Positions 49,601 through 59,517 of a stretch of DNA of 64,000 nt are shown piece by piece (positions within the stretch are counted from its first letter, which is position 1; each line of letters starts with the position of its first letter). The notes beneath the pieces were generated by a model that was not told the origin of the DNA, did not search any database, and saw nothing but the letters and a program-made list of their open reading frames with translations. The position numbers and the translations under genes were made by a program. The stretch comes from a virus. The stretch is from IMG/VR virus record IMGVR_UViG_3300020463_001984, positions 1 to 64,000 of that record, one strand, 5' to 3'.

Positions 49601-52600
49601 GGTTATGTAGAAGGTGATGTAATTAAAGTTGATGGTTTTGACATAGGTGGACAATCAGTAACTAATGATTTATTCATGAAAGTTACAAATACTGGTACTG
49701 GTGGTTCTATTACTTCTGTATCAGCAACTGGTACTGCTCCAGATGCCAGTGTAAACTATGCAAGTGTAACTTACACTACAAATACAGCGGCTGGTGTTGG
49801 TGCAGACTTTAATGTTGAAAGAGTTGGTACAGGTGCAAACGTTTCAGTAGCATCAGGTGGAACAGGATATCTAGCAGGAGAAACATTTACAGTACTAGGT
49901 TCGCAAGTAGGCGGTGTTGACGGAGTAAACAATTTAACGATTACAGTAGCAACCATTGATGTAAACGGAACAATTTTAACTGTTACTGATGCAGGTACAA
50001 TGGTTAACACTAAAACTATTCCAAACTGGACATCAGTTACAAACATTGTTGGTAATGGTGCAAAATTTACAATAAGTTTGGCTTCACAAACTTACACATT
50101 AGACCAAATTGATGTTGCTGGTCAAAGTTATGGCGTAGATCAAACAATTATTATTAGAGGTACAGACTTGGGTGGTGCAACTCCGGCCAATGATTTAACA
50201 CTTACAATTACAGGTGTTGGATCAAGTGGCGAAGTTACAACTGCAAACATAGTAGGTACTGGTGCCGCAGGTACAGGAAGTTACACTGGTGTAAATGGAA
50301 CCAATGATGCTAACAGTGGTTCAAATGCAGTATTTAATATTACACGTTCAGGCGGAACATACAGTATTGTAACTGCAACCGATAATGGTAGTGGATACAA
50401 AAAAGGTGACAGGATTGTAATTCCTGGTAACCAATTAGGTGGAGCGACTCCTACCAATGATTTAACTTTACGTTGTGACATTAATTCAACGGAAGGTGAC
50501 TTTTTAAATATTCAAATAAGTGGAACAGCAGTTCCTGGAAATACTGCGGCTTTATATAGTTCAGTAACAATGTCAGAAGCGGCAACACAAAATATTTCAC
50601 CAACTACAAGCATTACCTACAGTGCATTGGCAACTGTACAATGTGATTTTGAAACTGCACACGGACTTGTTCCAGGTAACACTTTCTTAATTACTGTAGA
50701 ATCAGATGATGCTAGTAATAACCATAATTTGTGTGCAGGTCCATTTAATGCAACAGCAGTTCCAACAACAAAAAGATTACAGTATCAGTGTAGAGCACCA
50801 GGTGCCATTAATACTGGTACTAACAATGATGATCCTATACAAGGATTCATTTATCCAAGACCAGATTCATTCTTTGTACACAGACCATATGATGGGGGTG
50901 TTCAATTAGGAACAGGTGGCCCACAACACGGTGCACAGGCAATACGTCAATCTAAAAAATATATTAGATACCAATCAGGTAAGGGTATTATGTACACAAC
51001 TGGTGCCTTATTTGCTCCAAGTTATGACTTATTACAAGTGACTGCAAATGGAACAAGCATTGGTTCAACAATTACTTGTACTACAGATGATACAGATCAT
51101 GGATTACAAGTTGGTGGTGGTATTAGATTAATAGGAATTAATACTGTTGGTTTCAATGGCGACTATGTTGTATCAGACATTAACAGCGAAAGAGAATTTG
51201 AAGTATTGGCCATAAATGCATTAGGATCAACTACTCCAGAATTAAGTGCAAAAGCACAGGTTTCAGTAAAAACATTCCATGGTGCAACTGTACGTTCAGG
51301 ATGTTTTGATGACCAAAATGGTATTTTCTTTGAATACGATGGTACACAATTTAGTGCTGTTCAAAGAACTGCAACATTACAGTTAGCAGGTGTTGTTGAT
51401 ATTGCTGTTGATACAAACACTGTAACTGGTACAGGTACAAGATTTAGAGAACAATTAAAAGCAGGTGACAGAATTGTTATCAAAGGTATGACACACGTTG
51501 TTAGTGATGTAATTAGTAATACTCAAATGTCAGTTGCTCCTGACTTTAGAGGTGTAACAAATGTTCTTTCAAGTAAATTATGTTTAGTACAAGATAAGAA
51601 AACAGAACAAAAAGACTTTAACCGTGATAGAATGGACGGTACAGGACCAAGTGGATACAACATTGACATCAGTAAGATGCAGATGGTAGGTATCCAGTAC
51701 AGTTGGTATGGTGCTGGATTTATTGATTATATGCTCAGAGGAGCAGATGGTAACTTTGTGTTTGGTCACAGAATGAGAAACTCAAACATTAACACAGAAG
51801 CATTTATGAGAACTGGTAATATGCCGGTTAGATATGAGGTAACCAATGAAGGACCTGTTGGTAAGTTAAGTGCAAACGTAACTGACACAGCAACAACGTT
51901 ACCGTTAGAAGACGCTTCTTTCTTCCCACCAGAAGGCGGAATAGTTTACATCGATAATGAGATGATTCAATTTACAGGTGTTGACGGTAAAAACTTAACA
52001 GGTTGTACACGTGGTGCACAAATGACAAACTTTGCCTCAGGTGCAACAAGAACATATTCGGCAGGTACGGCAGAAACGCATACTAGAAATACAGGAGTAC
52101 CATTAATTAGTAACACAATTAGTCCTATTATATCACACTGGGGATCTGCTTATATTACAGACGGTGGATTTGACTTTGATAGAGGATATTTGTTTAGTTA
52201 CAAAGCGACTGGTACAAGTATTAGTACAACAAGATATACTTCTTTCTTAATAAGACTAGCACCTAGTGTATCAAATGCTATTGTTGGTGACTTAGGTGAA
52301 AGAGAATTGTTAAACAGAGCACAGTTATTACTAGATGGACTAGAGGTTACATCAGAACCAAACGCCTCAGGACAAAAAGGTGGAATTGTTATTGAAGGTG
52401 TGCTTAACCCACAGAACTATCCAGTTAATCCAAATGACATTGGTTGGGAAGGTATATCAGGACTAGCGTCAGGAGGACAACCAAGTTTTGCTCAGATCGC
52501 CGCGGGTGGATCTGTTAACTGGAACGGTGGTGCTACACAGACTACTGCATCAGCAGTAGTACAAGCAGACATAGATAGTGGATTTAACTACACTAGAACA

Positions 52601-53317
52601 TCACAGTATAATGATAGATATAGTCCGATTACAATTGACTATTCACCAATACAAACAATTGGTACTCCGTTAATAGGTGCATACATTGAATCACAAAATC
52701 CAACTAATGCTTTCAACGCCAATCAATATGTGATATCAGGAGTAGGACCATTAGAAGGTAATGGATTTAGATACAGAATATTCTACACAGGACCAAATGG
52801 AACTAACAGAGCAAGTAACTTGTCTACAACATCAACAACTTTAAAATTCATATACAAAACGTACACAGGATTTACAAACAAATTGTTGTTTACTAAAGCA
52901 TCATGGGAGGCTTCGGGAGCAGGACAAGGTACAGAGGTTGCATCAAGTGACTTGAATTGGCCAGCGGGTACGTTTGTACAGTCGGTTAGTTCATTAACAC
53001 ACTGTGGAACAGAATTTTACGAAGTTACATTTAACCAAACATCGGTTGCAACGATAAGTGCAGGTGATAGTGTAACGTTCTTATTTGGTAATCCACCTTA
53101 TGCACAGCCAGGTGAAACTATATTTTCATTTATTGCACAACCAGGTGAAAGAGCAACATTGAATCTTGCAGAGATCAAAGAGTTAACTAATACTACACTA
53201 GGTGGTAGAGGTACTTTTCCAAATGGTCCAGACGTGTTAGCAATTAACGTTTATAAAACAGCGGGAACGGCCGTAGATGCAAATATTATTCTACGTTGGT
53301 CGGAGGCACAGGCTTAA
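46655..53317 (+). CDS. Giant virion structural protein (2220 aa)
   Basis: Thr/Gly-rich; tandem G.GY..GD.I.I.G..(L/V)GG....NDL.L.V repeats; DADFEYGLQPTKW and RYQSGKG motifs. Confidence 0.75.
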   Translation: MAKQKQNEYVFQTGIPFSESRRPNAYWLVQNNVEFIKDEVRAYINNNITRQATQSQFTPTNATYDPTTGLMVVTVGTHNLLPGDQVIFATGAITFTTAQDGGATQYAYPRATGAGTTTGWDPWYNKPVVITAISSDSITCKVGKTVNQTAHTYVSATALSISNAFRNYTNDSDAKCERDMGYNLIGGDTNNPVQDQPGGLLYDLRYNGNEQGRYLASTYWDGTIPQIDGDRNPERAAKQFATWLIQTHIFGNTAYTTKQSPVVTSQTINAEYVAETDAGTVVENILDNVIGEVIYYGLDNMPALSNAQVSSVRFPTKVTLDNVLLITNTSTNEVLFNFSDPTAGGSTAYVTKSVEFTPSFSYFNKFLENTDTITTVYFDKSTENKTYVQNARTLITNNKEFIKDEAVAWVLDKVNTATGGSTFDGYTYTGALIERDTATEIDGFLHDMQYGGNEKTRLQASKFWDGPTPLITGTRIPEKELKEFVRDLINNYILTKSAYTTKQSPSVTTQTFNGANAELGASDRITELTTIITTVIAGGLSTLPILDKPIINSLTDKIQIFVDQGDLKTRPYDFGTDAIERQRVANSLSMLDADFEYGLQPTKWQAIGTQRGYPSIYEVPGTDTQVTSVATDASTGTSGVGQSLITVTTASAHGFEPGVPITIKALANSIAGASRAEGSFIVNTVPTNFTFTYFAKAKVGTVNGQILSTFYTQLRKGGFYTGASIGGQNVAFSIISQGASGSFIATLGIPSGSDQIAYTGTAPEIGAPLVAVGGGIPLGSQVTGTEGTGGIVTTPVTTSDVSSGSNTITVQNVSGIVNGLGLNRGDGYATFVTNVVGNTVTLSDALTADFVGNTVQYTGLAGSNDSSIGNGATFDVSRSGGTYSVTLNAPGQDYRLGDNIVISGQLVGGSDTTNDLRLVVTSVDTGGELQTFDDTGSAFDGNGTFSNLPGELQGSIGTGGNFDIVYTNNVYSVSMASPDTSSGYVEGDVIKVDGFDIGGQSVTNDLFMKVTNTGTGGSITSVSATGTAPDASVNYASVTYTTNTAAGVGADFNVERVGTGANVSVASGGTGYLAGETFTVLGSQVGGVDGVNNLTITVATIDVNGTILTVTDAGTMVNTKTIPNWTSVTNIVGNGAKFTISLASQTYTLDQIDVAGQSYGVDQTIIIRGTDLGGATPANDLTLTITGVGSSGEVTTANIVGTGAAGTGSYTGVNGTNDANSGSNAVFNITRSGGTYSIVTATDNGSGYKKGDRIVIPGNQLGGATPTNDLTLRCDINSTEGDFLNIQISGTAVPGNTAALYSSVTMSEAATQNISPTTSITYSALATVQCDFETAHGLVPGNTFLITVESDDASNNHNLCAGPFNATAVPTTKRLQYQCRAPGAINTGTNNDDPIQGFIYPRPDSFFVHRPYDGGVQLGTGGPQHGAQAIRQSKKYIRYQSGKGIMYTTGALFAPSYDLLQVTANGTSIGSTITCTTDDTDHGLQVGGGIRLIGINTVGFNGDYVVSDINSEREFEVLAINALGSTTPELSAKAQVSVKTFHGATVRSGCFDDQNGIFFEYDGTQFSAVQRTATLQLAGVVDIAVDTNTVTGTGTRFREQLKAGDRIVIKGMTHVVSDVISNTQMSVAPDFRGVTNVLSSKLCLVQDKKTEQKDFNRDRMDGTGPSGYNIDISKMQMVGIQYSWYGAGFIDYMLRGADGNFVFGHRMRNSNINTEAFMRTGNMPVRYEVTNEGPVGKLSANVTDTATTLPLEDASFFPPEGGIVYIDNEMIQFTGVDGKNLTGCTRGAQMTNFASGATRTYSAGTAETHTRNTGVPLISNTISPIISHWGSAYITDGGFDFDRGYLFSYKATGTSISTTRYTSFLIRLAPSVSNAIVGDLGERELLNRAQLLLDGLEVTSEPNASGQKGGIVIEGVLNPQNYPVNPNDIGWEGISGLASGGQPSFAQIAAGGSVNWNGGATQTTASAVVQADIDSGFNYTRTSQYNDRYSPITIDYSPIQTIGTPLIGAYIESQNPTNAFNANQYVISGVGPLEGNGFRYRIFYTGPNGTNRASNLSTTSTTLKFIYKTYTGFTNKLLFTKASWEASGAGQGTEVASSDLNWPAGTFVQSVSSLTHCGTEFYEVTFNQTSVATISAGDSVTFLFGNPPYAQPGETIFSFIAQPGERATLNLAEIKELTNTTLGGRGTFPNGPDVLAINVYKTAGTAVDANIILRWSEAQA

Positions 53318-53693
53318 CTTCATCAGTCTTTTGACTGTCCCCAGGAATAATTCTGTAATTATCTTCAACTGAATCAGCAGTACTAACCTCAGTTACTGAA
53401 CTATTGGGTTCAAGTGCTTCTAATTGGTGTGGCATCAATGGAGGATTATGCCAAGTGTCGCCAGGATTGAGTTCTTTGGTATAAAGTTTTGCTTCTTGGG
53501 TGTCAATATACCTTAATAAAAACTTACCAGCATTAACAAACCAAGTTTCATCTTTCTCTTTATGGAAATGCATGGAAAACTTTGCACCTTGCTTTTCAAA
53601 TACCATAATTTTACCACAATACTTGTCATTGGTTGCCCATATCAATTCATATCCCCAACCCTTAGGCACTTTTCCTTCTAATCTATTACTCAT
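53286..53693 (-). CDS. Cupin (sugar-phosphate isomerase-like)
   Basis: VPKGWGYE, SMHFH..K.ETW.V..G, P...HQL. Confidence 0.8.
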   Translation of the reverse strand: MSNRLEGKVPKGWGYELIWATNDKYCGKIMVFEKQGAKFSMHFHKEKDETWFVNAGKFLLRYIDTQEAKLYTKELNPGDTWHNPPLMPHQLEALEPNSSVTEVSTADSVEDNYRIIPGDSQKTDEVKPVPPTNVE

Positions 53694-54417
53694 TTAGATA
53701 TTTTCCTTTAATTGCATTGTAACTTCCCTTAAATTTGCTTTGAAACTTGAGGTTTGACTTGTAACTATCAATAAATTTTGCATCATCTTCATCTTTTACC
53801 GTATAATTTATTTTATCTAATTTTACAGGCTTGTACATTGCAATTGGCGTACCTTTTTTGAGTAAAAATTTGCCTTTTTTCTTAATTAACAGTTGTTGGT
53901 TTATTTGATGGCTCCATTCAGTGTATGTTAGTCCTGGTAGGCACTCAAAAAACTCATTAAATTCATAAAACATAGGTAATTGCATCATGCCCCAACCCTT
54001 GCTTGTTTTAACTCTCCAAGGACAATCAGTTTTTGCAACTAACTTTACTTCGCTTTGAACATTTTCTGGTGTGTGGTCAAGAAACTGTTCCTTATAATGT
54101 AAAGACATGGTAAAATCTTCATTACTACACTTCCAACCAAAGTCTTTATCAGTAATATTAAAATGAAAGTCTGCCCATAATGGAATCACAAAGGCATCTT
54201 TATAAAAATCTACTATACCTGGACAATTTTTGGCAGTACCTTTATCGAAAGGATTGTCTTCTTCTAACCATCTTGGCATTTTCTTGAACCATTCTGGAAA
54301 AAACTTGTTTGCAGGTTGTACTGGTTCAAGGTCTGTTAGGCCAGGTACAGTACTCCACCACTCTACCTTTGGTTTTTTACTGCCTATCAATCCAGTCAAT
54401 AACGTTTTCAAACTCAT
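53686..54417 (-). CDS. Hypothetical protein (243 aa)
   Basis: TAKNCPGIVD, PW..KT..GW, KKGTPIA pattern; translationally coupled in the operon. Confidence 0.6.
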   Translation of the reverse strand: MSLKTLLTGLIGSKKPKVEWWSTVPGLTDLEPVQPANKFFPEWFKKMPRWLEEDNPFDKGTAKNCPGIVDFYKDAFVIPLWADFHFNITDKDFGWKCSNEDFTMSLHYKEQFLDHTPENVQSEVKLVAKTDCPWRVKTSKGWGMMQLPMFYEFNEFFECLPGLTYTEWSHQINQQLLIKKKGKFLLKKGTPIAMYKPVKLDKINYTVKDEDDAKFIDSYKSNLKFQSKFKGSYNAIKGKYLNE

Positions 54418-55195
54418 AGTTTAAACTCTCTTGTAATTTTGTGTTATCTGCACAGGTATATGCCTGATAATTTTTTGCAATGTCTTTAGGCATGGGTATT
54501 AGATCAACATTTACACCATATTTGTCAGCAACTTTATCTGCAATAGTTTTAAAACTTGTTGCCTCTCCTGTACCTACATTGAATATTCCGCTTTTATCAA
54601 CATCTAGCATTTTTGCATGAACTTTGCAAACATCTTCAACACTAACAAAGTCACGTTTATAATTTTCACTGTTTTCGAATAACTTAATATTTTGATTTGC
54701 TTTTGCCTGTTTAGTAAATTTGCTTACAGGACTCATTTGATCACCTTTGTGATCTTCGCCATTACCAAAAACATTAAAATATCTAAATCCTTGTATATTA
54801 ATTCTAAAGTCTTTACTATAACTTTTAACAAATCTATCTACTAGGTACTTTGACCAAGCATATGGACTCTCTGGATGCAAGTCTGCGTCTTCATTAAAGT
54901 CATTTGTGTTACCATATAGGTTTGCAGTGCTAGAGTATTGCATACTTGTACCCATCATATCACACAATTCAATCAGTTTTAAAGTAAAGTCTGTATTTTG
55001 TTGCATAATCTTTTCAACATCTTTTTCAGTTGTACTACTAATAGCACCACAATGAATTACTCTATCACATTGTGCAGGATCAGGATACTTATTAGGGATA
55101 TATTCCCAACCTTCAACTTGGTGTCCTATGCTTACGAGATATCCAGCAAGTTGTGATCCTATAAAACCATCAGTTCCTGTGACTAGTATTTTCAT
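54377..55195 (-). CDS. hldD: ADP-L-glycero-D-manno-heptose 6-epimerase
   Basis: VTG..GFIGS, H.GAISSTTE, Y..SK, GFRYFNVFG..E.HKG, RDFV.V.D, YQ.YTCAD. Confidence 0.88.
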   Translation of the reverse strand: MKILVTGTDGFIGSQLAGYLVSIGHQVEGWEYIPNKYPDPAQCDRVIHCGAISSTTEKDVEKIMQQNTDFTLKLIELCDMMGTSMQYSSTANLYGNTNDFNEDADLHPESPYAWSKYLVDRFVKSYSKDFRINIQGFRYFNVFGNGEDHKGDQMSPVSKFTKQAKANQNIKLFENSENYKRDFVSVEDVCKVHAKMLDVDKSGIFNVGTGEATSFKTIADKVADKYGVNVDLIPMPKDIAKNYQAYTCADNTKLQESLNYEFENVIDWIDRQ

Positions 55196-56442
55196 TGTTT
55201 AATCTTTTCTATAGTTTCTGTTGTACTATGTCCTTCGATCGTAGGAAAAATTACAACTTTTGCTAATTCATTGCCTACAGTGGTTTCAGTAGTATAGTCA
55301 CCACCCTTAACTATTACGTCTGGACGTATTTTTGTTATTTCATCAATGGGAGTATCTCCATCGAATATAACAACATCATCTATAAATCCTAATTGTTCTA
55401 AAGTTTCTTTCCTTTTGAATTCACTGTTAATGGGTCTTGTTTCGCCTTTTAAACGTTTAACACTTGCATCGCTGTTTATACCTACTATTAACCTTTTGCC
55501 TAGTGTAGCGGCGTATCTAAGCAGTTTTAAATGGCCAGTATGCAGTATATCAAACACTCCATTAGTCCATACAATACCTTTATTTAGGTCGTCTTCTGTA
55601 ACTATTGTTACTCCACGTTTTTCAACTACTCTTGAAGCACCATAACAAGCAACTTCGCATGATTCAGGAACACTTTTTCCTTTATGTAAACCGTGTGTAA
55701 TAATTGCCATGACTGTATCACCTGCACCAGATACATCTGCAACTTCTTGTACGTCTTCTTTACAATGCCAATGTTCTGTTGCGTTAACAATATGAATACC
55801 ATTAGCACCATCAGTTACTACTAACCATTCCCAAGCGTATTCTTTTAAAAAATCTTGTGCGGCCACATAACTGAATTCACCAAACCATTCAGTATATTCT
55901 TTCATGTTTGGTTTTACTAAAAATGCACCTCTATAGTAAGAAGGAGATTGCTTAGGATCAACTAAAACTTTTGCACCTTTGGCTTTTGCCTTTTTTACTG
56001 TCTGTTCAGTTATAGCACCTTTGTTGTAATCACTTATTACCACTAAATCATTATGCTGAATACTATTAATAAATCTTTCTTCTGCTTGAGTACAATCACA
56101 TATTGCGTCTGTATCAAATCTACAAATTTGTTGACCTTGTGTACTTACAATTCTTACCTTGCTTGTTGTTGCTTCCATACAACTTGACAAATAAGAATTA
56201 ACTTTTGTGTCTTTTATTAAATCTAAAAATGCAAAACCTTGTTTGTCATTTCCTAAAGGTCCATATAAATCAACTTCACCGTTTATACTTGCAAGGTTGA
56301 CTGCTAAATTACCTGCACCACCAACGTTTCTTTTATAGCCTGTTTCTACTAAAACTGGAACCGGAGCCTCAGGACTTATTCTATCTACAGAACCTATTCT
56401 CCATTCATCAAGCATTACGTCACCGTAAACTAAAATGGCCAT
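55192..56442 (-). CDS. hldE: Bifunctional heptose-7-phosphate kinase / heptose-1-phosphate adenylyltransferase
   Basis: GDVMLD, RISPEAPVPV, GGAGN, ISDYNKG, DVSGAGDT; TNGVFDILHTGH, NSDASVKRLKG..RP, VKGGDY, GHSTT. Confidence 0.93.
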   Translation of the reverse strand: MAILVYGDVMLDEWRIGSVDRISPEAPVPVLVETGYKRNVGGAGNLAVNLASINGEVDLYGPLGNDKQGFAFLDLIKDTKVNSYLSSCMEATTSKVRIVSTQGQQICRFDTDAICDCTQAEERFINSIQHNDLVVISDYNKGAITEQTVKKAKAKGAKVLVDPKQSPSYYRGAFLVKPNMKEYTEWFGEFSYVAAQDFLKEYAWEWLVVTDGANGIHIVNATEHWHCKEDVQEVADVSGAGDTVMAIITHGLHKGKSVPESCEVACYGASRVVEKRGVTIVTEDDLNKGIVWTNGVFDILHTGHLKLLRYAATLGKRLIVGINSDASVKRLKGETRPINSEFKRKETLEQLGFIDDVVIFDGDTPIDEITKIRPDVIVKGGDYTTETTVGNELAKVVIFPTIEGHSTTETIEKIKQ

Positions 56443-56883
56443 TTACTTCTCCAATAGTTGAATTAAATCAAATACAGTTTCTAATTTTGTTTGATTAGTT
56501 TTATTTTGTAAGGTGTTCTTCAATCCCATGTGCAATGGTTTAGGCCATTTATTAAAACTTGACCAAGCATATCCATCATGCTCTTCATTCAATACAGGAA
56601 TAAATTCTTCATGAACTACAACAAGATATGTATGGAACTTAAATTTTTCGTCTGTGCTTACAAATGTTTCTAAAGGAATTGTTTTAGCAATTTTTGGTAA
56701 TGTACCAATCTCTTCTTTTATTTCTCTTTGTAGACTTTCCCATGGAGTTTCTTTGGAATTGTTAGTACCACCAACTAATCCCCAAACATTGTTCTGTTTG
56801 CTCTGTACTCTATGTAGAAACAAAAAACGTTTAGTTTTTAATGAATAGAATAAGGCTCCACTGCAAATAATATCTTGACTCAT
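56443..56883 (-). CDS. Nudix hydrolase
   Basis: Nudix box GGTNNSKETPWESLQREIKEEIG. Confidence 0.88.
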   Translation of the reverse strand: MSQDIICSGALFYSLKTKRFLFLHRVQSKQNNVWGLVGGTNNSKETPWESLQREIKEEIGTLPKIAKTIPLETFVSTDEKFKFHTYLVVVHEEFIPVLNEEHDGYAWSSFNKWPKPLHMGLKNTLQNKTNQTKLETVFDLIQLLEK

Positions 56884-56895
56884 ACTATTAATTAT

Positions 56896-58317
56896 TTAAA
56901 ATAGTAGGTGCCAAGTGCCGTTTCGGTATTCGCCTTCGAAAGATAGCACCCATTCTGTACCAGTCCATTTATATTGGATGCCTGTATTAAGATTAGTTTG
57001 GTAAATTATATCACTATTAGCACTAGCATCAAATAAGATTGCCCATGCTGTTCCTGTCCATTCTACAATATCATTTTCACTTGCTACAAAGTCAGTGTTA
57101 TCTGCATTTTTCCAAGCATCTGGACCGTCTGTGTTGCCTGCATTACCAATATCCCCTAATAGTAAGAATCTTGTACCTGGTGTTTTTTGTACTGTAGGAT
57201 TAAATGTTGCAGGATCTATAATATAATCAACTTTACTTCTATTGCCAGTTGAACCTGCAATAACTTTGTCTGTTGGAAATGTATCAGTGTCCCAATTAAT
57301 AATTAAGTTTCTTTCATCTGTTGTATCAATTGCCGCTGATCCGTTAATACTTGTTGTTCTACCTGTTCTTGATAATTGTATTTGACTTAATCCTGATCTA
57401 AATTGTTCAGGCATTGCATCTACGTATTGTGTCCAAGTAACACCGCCAATTTTTCCTTTATGGATTAATTTTGCTACATTACCCATTACTAATAAATCTA
57501 AATTATTATAAGTTGTAACACGAACACTTGCAGTGTCTTTACGTTTAGATTTGTTTGCATCTTCAAAGTCAGTAGTTGGACTTTCAGCACCGCCATCACT
57601 ATATGCTTTAAGTTCAGGCATACTTTCGCCTAAGTCTATTGTTCCACGGCTTTCGTCAAATATACTCATTACGATATTTGTAATGACTCCAAGTTTTTTA
57701 ACTTTAGTAGGAGGTGAAATGTAAATTGGTGTTTTAACTGATAGTTGACTAACGTCTATTTCGTTTTCTGTTCCTACAGGAATACTTCTTGAACTAAAAT
57801 TTACTGTTTCTAATTCAACAACACTTAAACTTGTCCAGTCTACATAGTTGTCAGTTGTTTGGATTTCTAAACTAGGATTAAACATCATTAAAATTTGTTC
57901 CATAATTTGTAATTTTTGATCTGTATTAGTAGACCAAATATCAGCAGTCATTTCTAACGTATATGGAGTTGGCATTAAACGTTCAACTGTTACATTTTTA
58001 CCTTGTGTGTTTAAATATTCTTTACCTGTGCTATCATATGAACGTTCTCTAAGATGTACTTTACTAACAAATGTACTATCACTAATTCTATCTCTATCTA
58101 ATTGTAAGCCTGATATGTAGACACTTATTCTTGGAGCACTAGGTATTTTGTTTTCTGAATTATCTCTCATGATGTGTCCAACCTGTCTGGTTATATCTCC
58201 ATACATGACAGGGACTTTTACTAAAGCACCTTTACCGTCCTTATAGGTAAAGTTACTCAAAAGTCTAATCATTTGAGTGACATATCTTCTTATTTGACCA
58301 TCATAAAAATGTTGCAT
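56896..58317 (-). CDS. gp15: Tail completion/terminator protein (T4 gp15-like) with C-terminal extension
   Basis: FYDGQIRRY, VPV.YG, P.PY.L, DQKLQI.EQIL..FNP. Confidence 0.8.
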   Translation of the reverse strand: MQHFYDGQIRRYVTQMIRLLSNFTYKDGKGALVKVPVMYGDITRQVGHIMRDNSENKIPSAPRISVYISGLQLDRDRISDSTFVSKVHLRERSYDSTGKEYLNTQGKNVTVERLMPTPYTLEMTADIWSTNTDQKLQIMEQILMMFNPSLEIQTTDNYVDWTSLSVVELETVNFSSRSIPVGTENEIDVSQLSVKTPIYISPPTKVKKLGVITNIVMSIFDESRGTIDLGESMPELKAYSDGGAESPTTDFEDANKSKRKDTASVRVTTYNNLDLLVMGNVAKLIHKGKIGGVTWTQYVDAMPEQFRSGLSQIQLSRTGRTTSINGSAAIDTTDERNLIINWDTDTFPTDKVIAGSTGNRSKVDYIIDPATFNPTVQKTPGTRFLLLGDIGNAGNTDGPDAWKNADNTDFVASENDIVEWTGTAWAILFDASANSDIIYQTNLNTGIQYKWTGTEWVLSFEGEYRNGTWHLLF

Positions 58318-59480
58318 TAATTATCCGCCTTAGGTTTAAGTGCTTTTGAAAGTGCTTGTCTTTCAGTTACTGTTTCACCACCTATTGTTGATGTAGTTGT
58401 GTTGTTTATAAATGTTCCTTTTTGTGTTCTCTTGTTAGGACTGTTAGTTAAGTTATGTCTTACAGCATCTTCTACTTTAACCCAACGTCTACTATCAAAT
58501 CTAAATAATCTATTTGGCATAAAATCTGTCCTTAGGAAGTAATCTCCTTCTACACTTGCAGTTGGGAAACTAATACCATGTCCAAATACTTCACCATTTG
58601 GTGCTAGTCCATCACCTATTAAGTAACCTTGATAACCACTACGTTCTGGAGTTTGATTTACTCTACTTGCATCTAAGTTTCCACTGTTAACACTTGCATC
58701 TATTGTTGCTTCATCGGCAGTTACAAGTTCTGGATTATTCTCTGCATCTACTTGTAATGTATATAAGTGTGATGTGTCATATCCTGACTTAGGTGCATCT
58801 GCTTCTGCTTGTGATACAACAGCATCATTAATTTGCATCTCTCTTTCATAAGTAGAAAGTACATCTCGCAATGTTTGTGAAGAACCTTCTTCACTTGGTA
58901 AATCTAATATTTCTTTAAATTCTTGTGAATCAACTATTTGCTTCATTTTGATTCTATATATGTGCGGATACCATGTTTGTGAAAAACCTTCACTTGCACG
59001 ATTTACATCTTCAACTACATAAAATCTTTTTAATGCCACACTATAATCATTTAGTGCGTGTTCATCTTTAAGGTGTGGTAATTCTAATACATCACCTGAC
59101 ATTATTTTTCTGCCTAAAGTTTTTACACTATAATTAATAGGCAATGTCATAAACAATGTATCATTCTGTAAAAATAAACCAAATTGGCTCATGTCAAAAT
59201 CTACATCTTGTACATTGTAAATTCCACGCATAACATATACATCAGGATCATACTTTCTATCACGGTTTTCCATGAAAAGCATATCTTGAATATTCGTTTC
59301 TTTGACTGCATTGTACCTTGGTTGGTCAGCAGTAGCATCTGCTTCATCGGGATTCTTAGGTCCTAGATATTTGTGTACAAATACATCAGTGCCACCAACA
59401 GTGAACATCTCCTGTATGGTTTTATCTAGAAATTCGTAATCTTTCCCTTTTTCGGGTTTGTATAAACTCAGTCTTGGCAT
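58317..59480 (-). CDS. gp14: Neck protein (T4 gp14-like)
   Basis: G.DV..HKY, D.LF.EN, SQFGLF, GD..ELPH; position between gp13 and gp15. Confidence 0.75.
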   Translation of the reverse strand: MPRLSLYKPEKGKDYEFLDKTIQEMFTVGGTDVFVHKYLGPKNPDEADATADQPRYNAVKETNIQDMLFMENRDRKYDPDVYVMRGIYNVQDVDFDMSQFGLFLQNDTLFMTLPINYSVKTLGRKIMSGDVLELPHLKDEHALNDYSVALKRFYVVEDVNRASEGFSQTWYPHIYRIKMKQIVDSQEFKEILDLPSEEGSSQTLRDVLSTYEREMQINDAVVSQAEADAPKSGYDTSHLYTLQVDAENNPELVTADEATIDASVNSGNLDASRVNQTPERSGYQGYLIGDGLAPNGEVFGHGISFPTASVEGDYFLRTDFMPNRLFRFDSRRWVKVEDAVRHNLTNSPNKRTQKGTFINNTTTSTIGGETVTERQALSKALKPKADN

Positions 59481-59517
59481 AGTAATAGTATTTATCGTTC
59501 GACTAAATACATATAAG

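Noticed and set aside
59458-59517. Track start for gp13 at 59458
   Set aside because: It overlaps the gp14 start and the promoters; the ATG at 59518 follows CTAAATA.
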